Source: Seison nebaliae (Eukaryota). From it: 64,000 nt of DNA. The notes beneath the pieces are model-generated. The model was not told where the DNA came from and ran no database searches. It was given only the letters and a program-made list of their open reading frames with translations. This document shows, piece by piece, positions 51,183-63,111 of the stretch (position 1 is the stretch's first letter; the number at the start of each line of letters is the position of its first letter). The DNA lies in contig JALJEE010002328.1 of NCBI GenBank assembly GCA_023231475.1, positions 62,001 to 126,000 on the forward strand. Direction: 5' to 3'. Both the position numbers and the translations under genes were made by a program.

Positions 51183-54182
51183 TTATAATTCAGTCGAATC
51201 TCTATATTTCTCCATAATATTTTTAACTTCATTTTTACGTATCGTATCATCCATCAAACTATCATATTGACTTTTCTTAAATTTTTTTGTTGACAATGGT
51301 AATGGTTTGATGATTGAATGAAGTGGTAAGACACCATTATTTGCTTCTTCTTTCTTATCTTCGTTTCCACATACGTTAATCTCATTGTCAATCGGCGGCA
51401 ATGTCACCGTTATATTCGTAGGAAAGTTGCCCAATAACGGAAGTTCATTTTTCTCCCAAGATACTATAGCATGAAATAGTTCGTCTATCGATTTCATATT
51501 GTCGATTAATGTATAAACCATTTCTTCTTTCCTATCCAAACCATAAACTCCAACTTTTTCAGAAGTAATAAATTTTCCTACTTTATTCTTGATCATTTTT
51601 AAAGTATCTGTATCATCTCTATCTGAGTCCGAGAGATTATTCCAAAATGTTAAAACATTGACATAGTGTTGGAACTGTCGTGCAACAAGATCATTTCCAT
51701 TCCTCCCATTCCCATACAATATATGATATACATGTTGAAGTTCGTTAAATTTATTCATAACTTCATAAGTCAATTGGTTTGTAAAATTATCAGTAACTAA
51801 TTCATTTAACAACTCTGTATTTCCATTAAATAAAATAACAATTTGATGAGATGATGGTACGTTCGTCAAAAAAATGTTCTTACTAAAAACGTCTTCCATA
51901 TTGTATGCAAATCGATAAGAATTTTCACTCATTTTCATTGATTGCATTGACATTGTTAAAAATTCATTAAATGATTTTATTTTAATTAGTTCATCAGTTC
52001 TTAAAGAAATGTAATTCAATATATTTTCCAATTGTTCATGATCATTATTGAATCGTATCAGACAAAAATCTTTGTCAAAACATTCGACAATTGATAATTG
52101 ATATCGTTTCCTAAAATTATTCATATTCAAAATTTTCAATCGACTATAATTCCCATGAACGATATCTTTGAAATCCAACTTGTTTAAATGATCTTCAATC
52201 AATTCGCAATTATCACATAAGAACCACAATTGTCGATCATCAGGTAATCGTTTAGGTATTTCATTCTGTTTTACCAATTTAAATTTGTTATGAATAATAT
52301 CGTTTGATGTTTCCAAAAACGTTTTTATTAAATCATTGTTAAATCCACTTGATCCGAAATATTGTTTCGTTAGTGTCTCTTGATATTCACCTTCGTAAAA
52401 TAAAACCATTTGTGGATATACGATAATATCCATCTGATTTTTCCCACATAAATCATTCCAATCGAAACAATTGACAACGGCAATCTGTTTCCTCAAATTT
52501 CCTTCTTTCGAATTTTCAATTAATTTGGATAACCAGGAAACGTAAGCACGAGAAATATGTTCAAATCGCATAAAAAATAGAACAATAACAACATCGTCAG
52601 TTGACGATAAGAATTGGTAAAAATGAGATTCGTTTAACTGTAACAAGTTTGGTGAAATATTTACAACTTCCAATACGTCATTCGTTTTTCCTAGATTTGA
52701 CAATGGATATTGATTAATATCATAAATTGTCGATTCATAAATATATTGTAGTCGAGAGTCTTCCTCGTTGAATTTTCTTTCTACTTCTAATACATTTCTG
52801 AGACTATCATCAGATGTATGATTGAGAAACAAATTAGGATAAGTTGAATCTGATAAGATTACGTTCAAAATCTTCCAATAATTTGTTATATTAATTGTGC
52901 GATTGATGATTTCACAAAATTTATCAGTAACTTCTGATGATTCATCTAATAACTCATTGATATTCCCACTAAATTGATGAATTTTTCGAGAGAATGGTAA
53001 AATGTCCATATTTATTGTTATGTCTGATGTTCCCGGTTTAATGATCGGAAGTATTTTCACCCAAACTAATAAATTTGAATAAGATCGACAATCGGTCACT
53101 GCCGAAAACAATTCGTTATAAATGAATTTTAATAATTTTTGTTCTTTCTTATCAATTTTATTCAATTCCACCGTTATATAATGATCCATTTGACCCTCAT
53201 TCGAGTCTTTTAAATTTTTGGACATTGTTTCATATTCTGATGAAGTTATCGGTTCGTATATAAATTCGTCATAATCGATAATATCATCTTCATGAGTTGA
53301 CAAGCCATTCTTATAATAATTAGCTAATAAATCTATTTGAGGAATATCAACGACACTTTCAATCGGAGTTATAGTTGAATGATTATCAAAATTTTCAATT
53401 AAATATACATTCGGACAACGTAAATGACTTGGCATTTTTTTCGCATTTAATGCAAGATCCTCTTTCAATAGTTGAGTATCAAAACTGAAGAATTGATATA
53501 AAGACATACATGCAGTTGAATTAAACGAGAATTGCTTCTCTGACAGTATTAATGTCAAAGGGAATGTATGTTTCAATCGAACTGTTCCTACAATATCCGC
53601 AACTTTCCAAGGCAAATAATCATGAGTGAAAATGACAATTCTTTTATTCATTTCTCCACCAATCGCCATATCTCGATCACTTGCTAATTGTTGTAGAAGA
53701 TGATTCGTATCTTCCAATAGTGTTACTTGTCCATCGAATTGTAGAATTGTAACACCAATCAACAATTCGATTTGTGAAACGAGCGTCAATTCACCATACG
53801 ATCCTTGGAAATAAGGTTCCTTGCAATAATTTTCCTTACCACACTTTGCATGAAAGTTCAATGTTCTCTGATGGTTGTGACAATAACGGAAATATTCTTT
53901 CTTTTCCAATTCTTCACAAAATATGACACCAAACTGCACATCGTAATTCATCATATATAATTCCAGATCAGAATGTAAAGTTTCTTCAAACAAAGTTTCT
54001 TTTTCATTGAAGTCACTTACTTTCTGCAAATTGAACACAATCAAATGATTCCGTACACGAATTTCAACTGCATCGTCTATGTCAATCTGATGATAAGGAA
54101 ACGATTCTTCAACATCCTCCGAATATGACAATTCACTAATTGATGATTGGAAGAAGAGGATAATGAAAGAAAGAATAATTTT
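51183..54182 (-). CDS. ER-luminal thioredoxin-fold protein, TXNDC16/ERp90-like, single exon
   Basis: Signal peptide (MKIILSFIILFFQSSIS). Non-catalytic Trx domain VIVLFFMRFEHISRAY...IAVVNCFDWNDLC...YPQMVLF, resembling TXNDC16 RINCADWSDVC. No CxxC active site in that domain. C-terminal STEL resembles a KDEL-type retention signal. Confidence 0.75.
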   Translation of the reverse strand, partial: KIILSFIILFFQSSISELSYSEDVEESFPYHQIDIDDAVEIRVRNHLIVFNLQKVSDFNEKETLFEETLHSDLELYMMNYDVQFGVIFCEELEKKEYFRYCHNHQRTLNFHAKCGKENYCKEPYFQGSYGELTLVSQIELLIGVTILQFDGQVTLLEDTNHLLQQLASDRDMAIGGEMNKRIVIFTHDYLPWKVADIVGTVRLKHTFPLTLILSEKQFSFNSTACMSLYQFFSFDTQLLKEDLALNAKKMPSHLRCPNVYLIENFDNHSTITPIESVVDIPQIDLLANYYKNGLSTHEDDIIDYDEFIYEPITSSEYETMSKNLKDSNEGQMDHYITVELNKIDKKEQKLLKFIYNELFSAVTDCRSYSNLLVWVKILPIIKPGTSDITINMDILPFSRKIHQFSGNINELLDESSEVTDKFCEIINRTINITNYWKILNVILSDSTYPNLFLNHTSDDSLRNVLEVERKFNEEDSRLQYIYESTIYDINQYPLSNLGKTNDVLEVVNISPNLLQLNESHFYQFLSSTDDVVIVLFFMRFEHISRAYVSWLSKLIENSKEGNLRKQIAVVNCFDWNDLCGKNQMDIIVYPQMVLFYEGEYQETLTKQYFGSSGFNNDLIKTFLETSNDIIHNKFKLVKQNEIPKRLPDDRQLWFLCDNCELIEDHLNKLDFKDIVHGNYSRLKILNMNNFRKRYQLSIVECFDKDFCLIRFNNDHEQLENILNYISLRTDELIKIKSFNEFLTMSMQSMKMSENSYRFAYNMEDVFSKNIFLTNVPSSHQIVILFNGNTELLNELVTDNFTNQLTYEVMNKFNELQHVYHILYGNGRNGNDLVARQFQHYVNVLTFWNNLSDSDRDDTDTLKMIKNKVGKFITSEKVGVYGLDRKEEMVYTLIDNMKSIDELFHAIVSWEKNELPLLGNFPTNITVTLPPIDNEINVCGNEDKKEEANNGVLPLHSIIKPLPLSTKKFKKSQYDSLMDDTIRKNEVKNIMEKYRDSTEL

Positions 54183-55356
54183 CATCATCTCGATCAACTC
54201 TTTTGTGAATGTTTCAAATAAAGGAACTGTTTAATTTTAGTTTCTTGTGGAAAAAGAAGGAAACCGATCAAATTATTTAAAAGTTAATTAGAAATTAACA
54301 TAAGAGACTAATTCTCATTTGCCTCTCAAACGGACCGACACGTCATCGACGTTAACTGTATGAAATTGTTTCCACCGAATGGATGAACACCAAGGATTTC
54401 TTCCTAATTATAATGATGATAATGTCTTGTAATTATATATTAATGTCGTCAACAGATGGTATTCTTCATCATGTAATTCATAATGGTTCAATATAATGGT
54501 AGTACGTTCAATTCAATTATTCTCATTCTCCCGAGAAATCATTTTAACTCTGTGTCATCTTTCTTTTAACTTTCTTTAGACATTCTGGTCAAATGTTGAA
54601 ATAAAGTTCATAACAAAGACAAATGTATGGTTGAATAGAACGGAAAATTTAAGTAAAATAGGTTTCTAAAATACTGAGACATGAAGAGGTGTCGTCTTCA
54701 ATTCTCGTAGTATATTTCTTCCATGACATTTACTTTTAAAAACAGTTATCATGCCATTCTTATTCTTTGTTTTAATCAGTTACCCAATAAAGTTTGTCAA
54801 TTTTCAACATCGTAAAACGTTGAATATGAATAAAAATTATACCTGTTTATACATATCATTAAATTAATTCGAATGTTTTTCATAATTATTATAATTAATA
54901 TTTCTCATCAGTCCAAATATTTGATGAAAGGGGCAGAAATTATTTTTCAATAAACGTTATAAAACAATGATTAGTAATCATTAAGAATGGTCCAAAGAAG
55001 AATATTGAAAGAAATGAACTTTCTGAAGAATATCAGGAAATTTTTTTTATTTACCAATGATGAAACAATAAACAAAAATTTAAATTATAATGAAAACAAA
55101 CAAAATCATCTTTAACTCATTATTGATGGAAATTAAATAAAGGATTTCATTTTAGAAAACAGTCGCTTAAGAATGTCCAACAATCTAAGAATCAATCAAT
55201 TGGGGAAGTCATCTATGTGTAGATGCGATGTAAAAGTTAAAGAGGTTTAAATTGTTTAAAAATTTTTTGTTAGATTATTTTTTTGATCGTCATAATTAGG
55301 AAGAATGATTTTCTTCTTTTTTGACATTAATTCATATGATGACTTATGTCTTCAAT

Positions 55357-57022
55357 TTATTCCACACCAACATTATTGTTAAACCGATCATTCTTGTCCG
55401 ACGATTCAACATCATTCTTTCCCATGCTATGACGGTCCTCACTATGCTGTTTATCGTGAACAGGAGATACACTTCGATTATAGTTATTCTCAATGCGGTA
55501 CATCGACTCATCGTTATCTGAATATCTTAATGATTTTGAACGTGAACGCGGTCGTCGATATCCTGTTTAATCGAACTAGATAACACTTAAAATCATAAAT
55601 ATTTTCTAACGATTCGAATTTTTGTATTCTGGTGTTGCACTGCGGGATGCAGATCTGGACGATGATGCTGATCGACTGTGTGACGACCTTATTTCCCAAA
55701 AGTTTCATTTCTTTGAAAATGAATGAAAAAATAAACTTTTTGATATCTTCTTCCAAATAAATTTCGTGTCCATTCAATTCTCTTCCACTCAAATTTTTGA
55801 GAGCATATTCCATATCTTTTCCATGAATAAAATCGACAACTCTTCCAAATATTCATAAAGTTAATAAGAAAAGAGAAGATATTCTTAAAATTTAAACCCT
55901 TCGCCACGGCGATAAGTGTGCACGTCACAATAAGATACGTTGCCAGCTTTACGCATAAAATCCTTCAAATTCTGCGAGAAAATATAATTTATCCATTTAT
56001 TATTTATGACTTTTTATAAATTGCAATATCCATTTCTTAGTTTTATTTCACTCCATTCACTCAATCAGCTCCCATATGATGCTCTTCTGTGTTGGCTAAT
56101 GTGGATTAGATTGCCATAAATTCTTTTTTTACAAATCAAACACATACGGCACCAAAATAAACAAATATCAAAAGTTGCCAGTCAATAGACTATCCTCGAC
56201 ATATTTACTGCCACATGTGACCGAACAACCATACATGTTTTCCCCATTTAATGAACGAATAGCAAACGAAAAAGAAACCAAAGAAAAAAGGGCGGAGAGG
56301 ATGGAAACGTTGATCATCTCTAAAAATGTATAAAGATAAATCGATAAAAGAAACACTGAATTTGAAAAAAAAAATGAGAAAATTTGTCTCATATTCCTTC
56401 TCTCTTATTTTTGCGGTTATAATCCTGTTTCCTAATACTTAATCATGTCTCAAAGACAACTGTATCACCATCAAAGACTTTAGGAATTGTAAAAATTGAA
56501 AATACGAACCTGCCATGTTGTACGAGAACTTAAATTCCTGACAATGACCCGATAATCAGTTCTCTTCGGCATTACGAACGGCCTAGAACGACGGTTCCTT
56601 GGATCATCATATCGATTGGGTGGTGGATAACGCATACCGCTCGATGGTCTTGCTCTACGTTGAGGGGATTGACCACGTCTTGATCCACCATCTCTAGCAA
56701 ATTCCAAAGAAATACTTTTTCATCACAAAGACGAGCTCCGATATCATTTGAGAGAATTATTGTTGAATCAACCTTTCACCACATAACTGTTTTCCGTTCA
56801 TTTGTTCTAAGGCATCTCTTGCATCACGACGATTATCAAATTCCTGTAATAAATAATTCAAATTTGATAAGTTGAAAGATAGACATGAGATATACTAACC
56901 ACAAATCCATATCCTTGTTTGAGGGCGATATCATTTAGACGACCGAAGTTTCGGAAGAAACCTTCCAAATCCTTCTCATTGGCAGATGGGGGAAGATGTC
57001 CAATATATAATCTAGTAGACAT
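55357..57022 (-). CDS. SR splicing factor, SRSF4/5/6 (SRp55/B52) family, 7 exons
   Basis: RRM1 MSTRLYIGHLPPSANEKDLEGFF..KQGYGFV|EFDNRRDARDA; linker PKRTDYRVIVRNLSSRTTWQ|NLKDFMRKAG (pseudo-RRM2 SWQDLKD-like); short RS tail. Introns: 56844-56899, 56715-56772, 55972-56509, 55842-55897, 55688-55736, 55563-55610. Confidence 0.93.
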
Positions 57023-57924
57023 TTCTCAAGATTTTCCTCTTTATTATAAATGAGAATATGAATCGACTTTCCTAATATTTTTTTAATAACAATGATGATA
57101 TGTAATCAAAAAAAATGATGACGTTCAACTGTACTTTCAAATTCACAAATTACATGGAGTAGTCCTTCAATAAGAAATACTCTCTATGAAACAGTATATC
57201 TATTTGTTCGATTTGATTCCAAATTAAATTTTAAGCTTTAATAAATTACGAAAATTCGTCGTATAATGTCACATTTCTTTATTTATCTAGCTATTAATTT
57301 CTCAATTTCCTTCTGGTTGTTGACAAATCTTCTAACATTTGTTTGTGAGTCATTTTTATATTGTTCGAAATTCCAATTCAACATTCATTTTACCGATTTC
57401 CATTCAATTTATTGAGAAATTTGAAGAAAAACTTTGAATATTTCGAATAAACATCTGTACATGTAATTTTCGATTAATAAAATTTGAGTTTCGTTGCTAC
57501 TCGGGTATGTGTGGTTGTGTTTTGGGGAGGAGAGGTGGAGGAAAGAGGGAATAAGAATAATAGTCAATGAGTATTTATCACATTTAAATAAAATAAAAAA
57601 GTTGAAGAAAACGAATTGGCATTTAAAATAAACTTGTTATTAATAAAACTTTTCGTAATGACATAATGTAAAATATGGAATGTAAATATTTAATGAGGAG
57701 CAACCACCAATGACGGAAAAAAAGAGACCGATAATTTAAAACGAATAAATTTTCTTATCTTTTTTATGAATTATTGAACTGATTCTTTTTGATTCAATAT
57801 TATATCTCTTCATCTCACATATGGATGTATGATATAATTAGTTGATAACTAAAAACTTATTAATATTCCGTCAAAATATATTTCAAATAGTTCTACTGCT
57901 TGAAACTCGTTTTTTTTACATTGC

Positions 57925-60900
57925 CTAATGATTGTAATAATAGCCGGGATAGAAATAAAGGTCTTTCGTAAAACTATGATGAAATTCTGCTTCTTGAATA
58001 TATGGTTTCTGATTATTAAACACCGGGTTTGTTGCCAATCGTTTTCCCACCTATTCATTAAAATAGAAAAATATTAAATGGAATAATTAAAATGAAAGAC
58101 AACAGATTTCATTAATCGTACGATATCACGTCTCCAAGCATTCTTTGCAAATTCATCGACAAGTGTTTTGATGTAATTCGAACCGTTTACATGATCAGCC
58201 CATGACACGTAATCTTTTGTAAGGAAAAGAATCATTTTTCAAATTTAGATGAAATCTTCAAAAACACATTATACTTACCTTCCACAGTAGCGAATCCGAT
58301 CATTAAATCTTTTGTATCTTTCATCACTTCCATAATATTCTCATCACTTTCCTTCACTTTATTGTTGATCTTCTTCTCACTCGTACGACTCGTTTTCCTT
58401 CGGAGGTCGTTATCCTTCGGTGAAGTTTTCTTATTTAATTGTTCACGTGAATTATTAGTACCTACATCATTTTCAAATTGTTCATTTTCTATATCTGATG
58501 ATCGAGTTGTAGGCAAATTATGAAAACGATTGGATTTGTCAATCTCTTCTTCATCAATGTCTGTTGAAAGAACTTTCAAGTTAAATTAGAATATGAGATA
58601 TTTAACTGCACGGTTGTTCAGAAATCATTGTAGGTATTGTACCGTCCAGATTTCTATTCCAACTTTCAAAATTTGTTATATTTTTACCGTTCGTCGAATT
58701 TTTTGCATTACTTTCAATCTTTGACTTCATCGTATCGATTTTATTCATGGTCTTATTAGCTGCATGATTCAATCTACCATTCAATTTACTCCAGAACGAT
58801 GGTTCTTTTCCATCATAATATTTATCTGAAATAATTTTATAGAGAATCGTTAAAAGAAAGAAGAAAGAACCTCCTCGACAAGTGTCGATAAACAATAGTT
58901 TCGGTCTACCTGGTAATACACTGCTGAATAGTTTGACTAATTCATGGACTTGTATATACTTTTCATCCGTACCGAAAATCTTATTCTTTAATCCATGGCT
59001 AGTTAACAGGAGGACTACACATTCCCATTCATCATTTTCATTATTGCTAAAACGACTACGATGTGCTTCCAATGCAAATTGTTCCAATACATGTTTCATT
59101 GTCTAACATTGATACAAATAATTAATGTTATATTGAGAAAAAATCATCAAAAAATAATGAGAAATTTTTTTCGGAGACTTATCGATAATTTACGTTTTTA
59201 TCAAATGGCAATTCTTCACAAATATTGCATCAATACAGCAACATTACGCATTCTTTACTTATTCGGATAACAACAATAAGGGAACGATAATCAATATCGA
59301 ATAATGATAAAAAAAATTTATCAGTTAACTTTTAAAACTTTTCTTTACTAACAACTGTATTTAGATTCTTTTCGATTTTGGTATGAAAACCAAATTGAGA
59401 GAAAAGTTGAGAGAAGTTACTACAATCAATATCTTTGCCAGGTAATGTGTTTCTGTTAATGAAATGAGAATTGGCAATAATTAACGCTCCACCTCTTTTA
59501 TAGCGAGATATATCATATCGCTGAAAATGGAATAAATAGTTGGAATTAGAGAGAAGTTGGAATATGAGGGAAAAGCAAACCGTTAAACGATTGATGGCTT
59601 CTAATGGATCATATTCTGGTCTTTGATTTACAATGTTGAGATTCAATCTTGCAATGCGTACTATCGGTTTCACGATGACCAGATCTCCGCTGTTATAATC
59701 AGTGGATTTGATAGCAGGAACATCCATATCCTCGAAATCTTTATGATATGAAACTTTCGCATATGATCGACTGGTCAATGAGGAAATGAGATTTTCATTA
59801 TTTTCTGTTTGATCAGAATTGGGAATGTGGTTTTTTGATTTTTTAAATTTCCTGTTTTGTAATTGTAAAGGGATCGTATCTTTTTTTGAGAATAATGTTA
59901 ATTTGGATCGATTATGGGGTAATGGTCCAGACGGTGATATAAATCGATCGCTAAAACGGAATTCTATTAAATTGAAATTAAAATAATTAAGAAAACAAAT
60001 AATAATAATAATAATAATAATAATATTCACCTGGATCTTCGTTACATGAATGAGAATATTGACTCCAATTAGAATTTGTATTAAACAAATCGGCTTCATT
60101 GTCTGATCTATTGGGAGGGACTAACCGGTGACGATTTGCACTTACGATCTCTTTTAATAGATCAGAATTAACAAACTTTTCGTCGTCGTGTTTATCTGGT
60201 ACTAAAGATGGAATGAATAAAAAAATTAAATTGAAGAAGAAGAAAAAGAAGAAGAAGAAACTTTCAACAGATAAAGGTAAATTGGGAATATAAGGATATC
60301 GATTATGTGAGTTGATTTGGAAAGTAGGATGGTTACGATAATTATTATTTGCTGATAAATGATGTGCTACAAAAGTATATAATTTTGAATAAAGAAAATG
60401 TTAAATAAACCGATTCCAGACATGTTCATTGGAATTTGAAGGAATTGATTCGTTTCATTAGTTAATTGTTTCGGTTTGAACTTTCTTTGTTGCATTCGAT
60501 AGAGAGCCGAATTTGATTGACTCGGCGTTTCATCGAATGAGATACCATCAGATCGAAGACTCATTGATAAAGATTTTTTCAATTTCGTTCTTTTTGCCGT
60601 AGTATTTCGATCAGTGGTAGATGTGGTAGTTGCTTGACGAGATGATTTTTTCTTCGATCGTTTAATCGTATCCGTATTGGATGATGGTTTACTTCGATTA
60701 TTCACGTTCGATCTAGTGCCATTACTATTTGAGGAATTGGAAAGATTATTATTGTTGTTGTTGTTGTTGTTGTTGAAATTTCGAGAATCGAGAGAATCAT
60801 GCATTTTCCGATGAACTGATCTATTACGGAAAGATTTTATGGAATTATTATTTTTGGAATGTTTCCGTTTAGTGGAGAGATGTCTTCGATATATTGTCTG

Positions 60901-63078
60901 TGGACAAAATAATTTGCTGATAGATTCATCAAATGTGAAAGTATTATTTCGATGGAAATTATTCTGTTTCGAAATATTATCAATATTTTGCTGTTGCTGT
61001 TGATGTTTAAACAGATCTGAATGTTTCAAATGATATTGTTGTTGTTGTTGGTGGTGGTGTTGGGAGTGTTGTTGTTGCTCTTCAAATTGAGAAGTAGGAA
61101 AATAATTAAAAATAAATGGATTATCAGATAATAAACGATTATGAGTGAATGATGTAGAGACAAATGGTGTTCGCTCAAATTGAATAGATGAATATTGAAG
61201 ATGATTTGTTGTGATGTCTTTCAACGAGGTAGTTTGTATATCAGAAGTAAATATTTCTTCCTCCTGTGATTTTGTTTGTGTAATACATTTGGAGCATAAA
61301 CAACCAGATGATGATAATGGTGAAGATGATGATGTCGATGTGAGTGACTGTGACGATGAATAATTATCACTTATTGAATCGTTGGTCAATTGGTGGAAAG
61401 AAGTGGTTGATAAACGAGAATCAGGATCACCTTCTTCACTTTCCACGAAATTCTTCTCTGTTTTCGTTCGTTTTTGTCTGCTTAAACTGCGCTTATCTGC
61501 ACCATGATATGAAGATAATATACTCGAATTTGGTGTGGACAAATAATTATTCTTGATTTTCCCAAACGATTGATTACATGAAATTAAATTTTTATTAATA
61601 TTCTCTCCGTATATTTCTATAGTCGACGGTTGATAATGATGTTGATGATGAGAATGATGGTCCGGATGGGTTTGAATGAATGATCTCTCTTCCAATTTGT
61701 TATTACAACGGATATTATGTCTCTTATTAGTTGTATGATTATACGGATAATGATTAGCAGGACGATTTCTACAATGTTGATCGATGCTATTATTTCTTGA
61801 AGTTGAATTGTTACACCGATTCTTTAAATGTTTATACAACTGTTTTCCCTGATAAGTTTCTTGACGATTCTGATAATTTTGATTATTTTTATCGCAATTA
61901 TTATTCTTGTCCTTGTTATTGGTATCGCCGCTGTTGCAATTGTGGAATATTATGTTTTTAGGAAACTTAACTTCCTTATCAATGATATTTGTTGATGTAA
62001 TTTCTTTATGCTTTTGTGACTTTGGATGACCTTGACAACTATGAGAAGTTTTATGATCAGTTCCTTCTAATGATGTTTGATATTGTTGACAAGTTTCTTT
62101 TTTCGATTGTTCCAATATATTCAATTCTCTATCTTCTTCTTCTTCTTCTCCGTCGACTCCTTCTATTCTATTATTCAAATTTGATTTTGAACTTCTATTT
62201 TCATTATTCCACGATTCGTTAAAAGTTAATTGACATGGAGATGCGTTCGAATTTAGGGAGGATGTTACAGATGGCAGTAAATAATCGCTTCTATTCCGCT
62301 TACTACACTTACTTCTGTCGACTGATGAGATATGTGACGATGTGCGATTACTTTTTTTCCTACTCGAATTGTTTCGTCGAAGAAATGAATTTCTTTTTGA
62401 AGTTGTGGGTAAAGATATGGAAGATGATGTCGAAGGTGAACGATAAGATTCAGAGGACGGTGTTATTGATAACGAAGAATATCGTAAATGTGAGTTCTTT
62501 ACCAAAGCTGAACAGGTCGATAACGGAATAGTTGTTTGTGTAGTTGTTGATGGTTCAGTTAATGACGAAGTGGACGATTGGAATGGAATGAAAATCGAAT
62601 GATATTGAGGAGAACAACACCTTTCCAACAATTTATTTCTTCCAATCTTCCTACTCTTCTCCTTCTCTCGTTGTAATATGTCGTTTTCTTTATTTGAGAT
62701 TTCTTTACGGGAAATATGCGATGCTCTATTACGTTTTCGATTATATTCTCCGTATCTCACGCTGTTCGATGAATGCAATAATTCTTTTGTTTGAGTAGAT
62801 GGATAATACCTTTCTTCTAACTGATTTCTTCCTTTTCTATTTCTATTATTTGTCAGTTCGTAAAACTGATTTCTTTGGAGATTTGGTTCAAACTTATTCA
62901 ATAAATATTTCTCGCAGGAACGCCAATGTAATTGTTTATTTTGGCAACTGCTTGAATGATTTGCTGATCTGTTGCTAACCTTGCTGCTCTTCGATAATGA
63001 CGAAAGTGAAGACAGATGTGATAAGCTTCGAGATGACGATGAAACGATAATCGACGGAATCACAACGGAATTATTACT

Positions 63079-63111
<33 letters not shown>

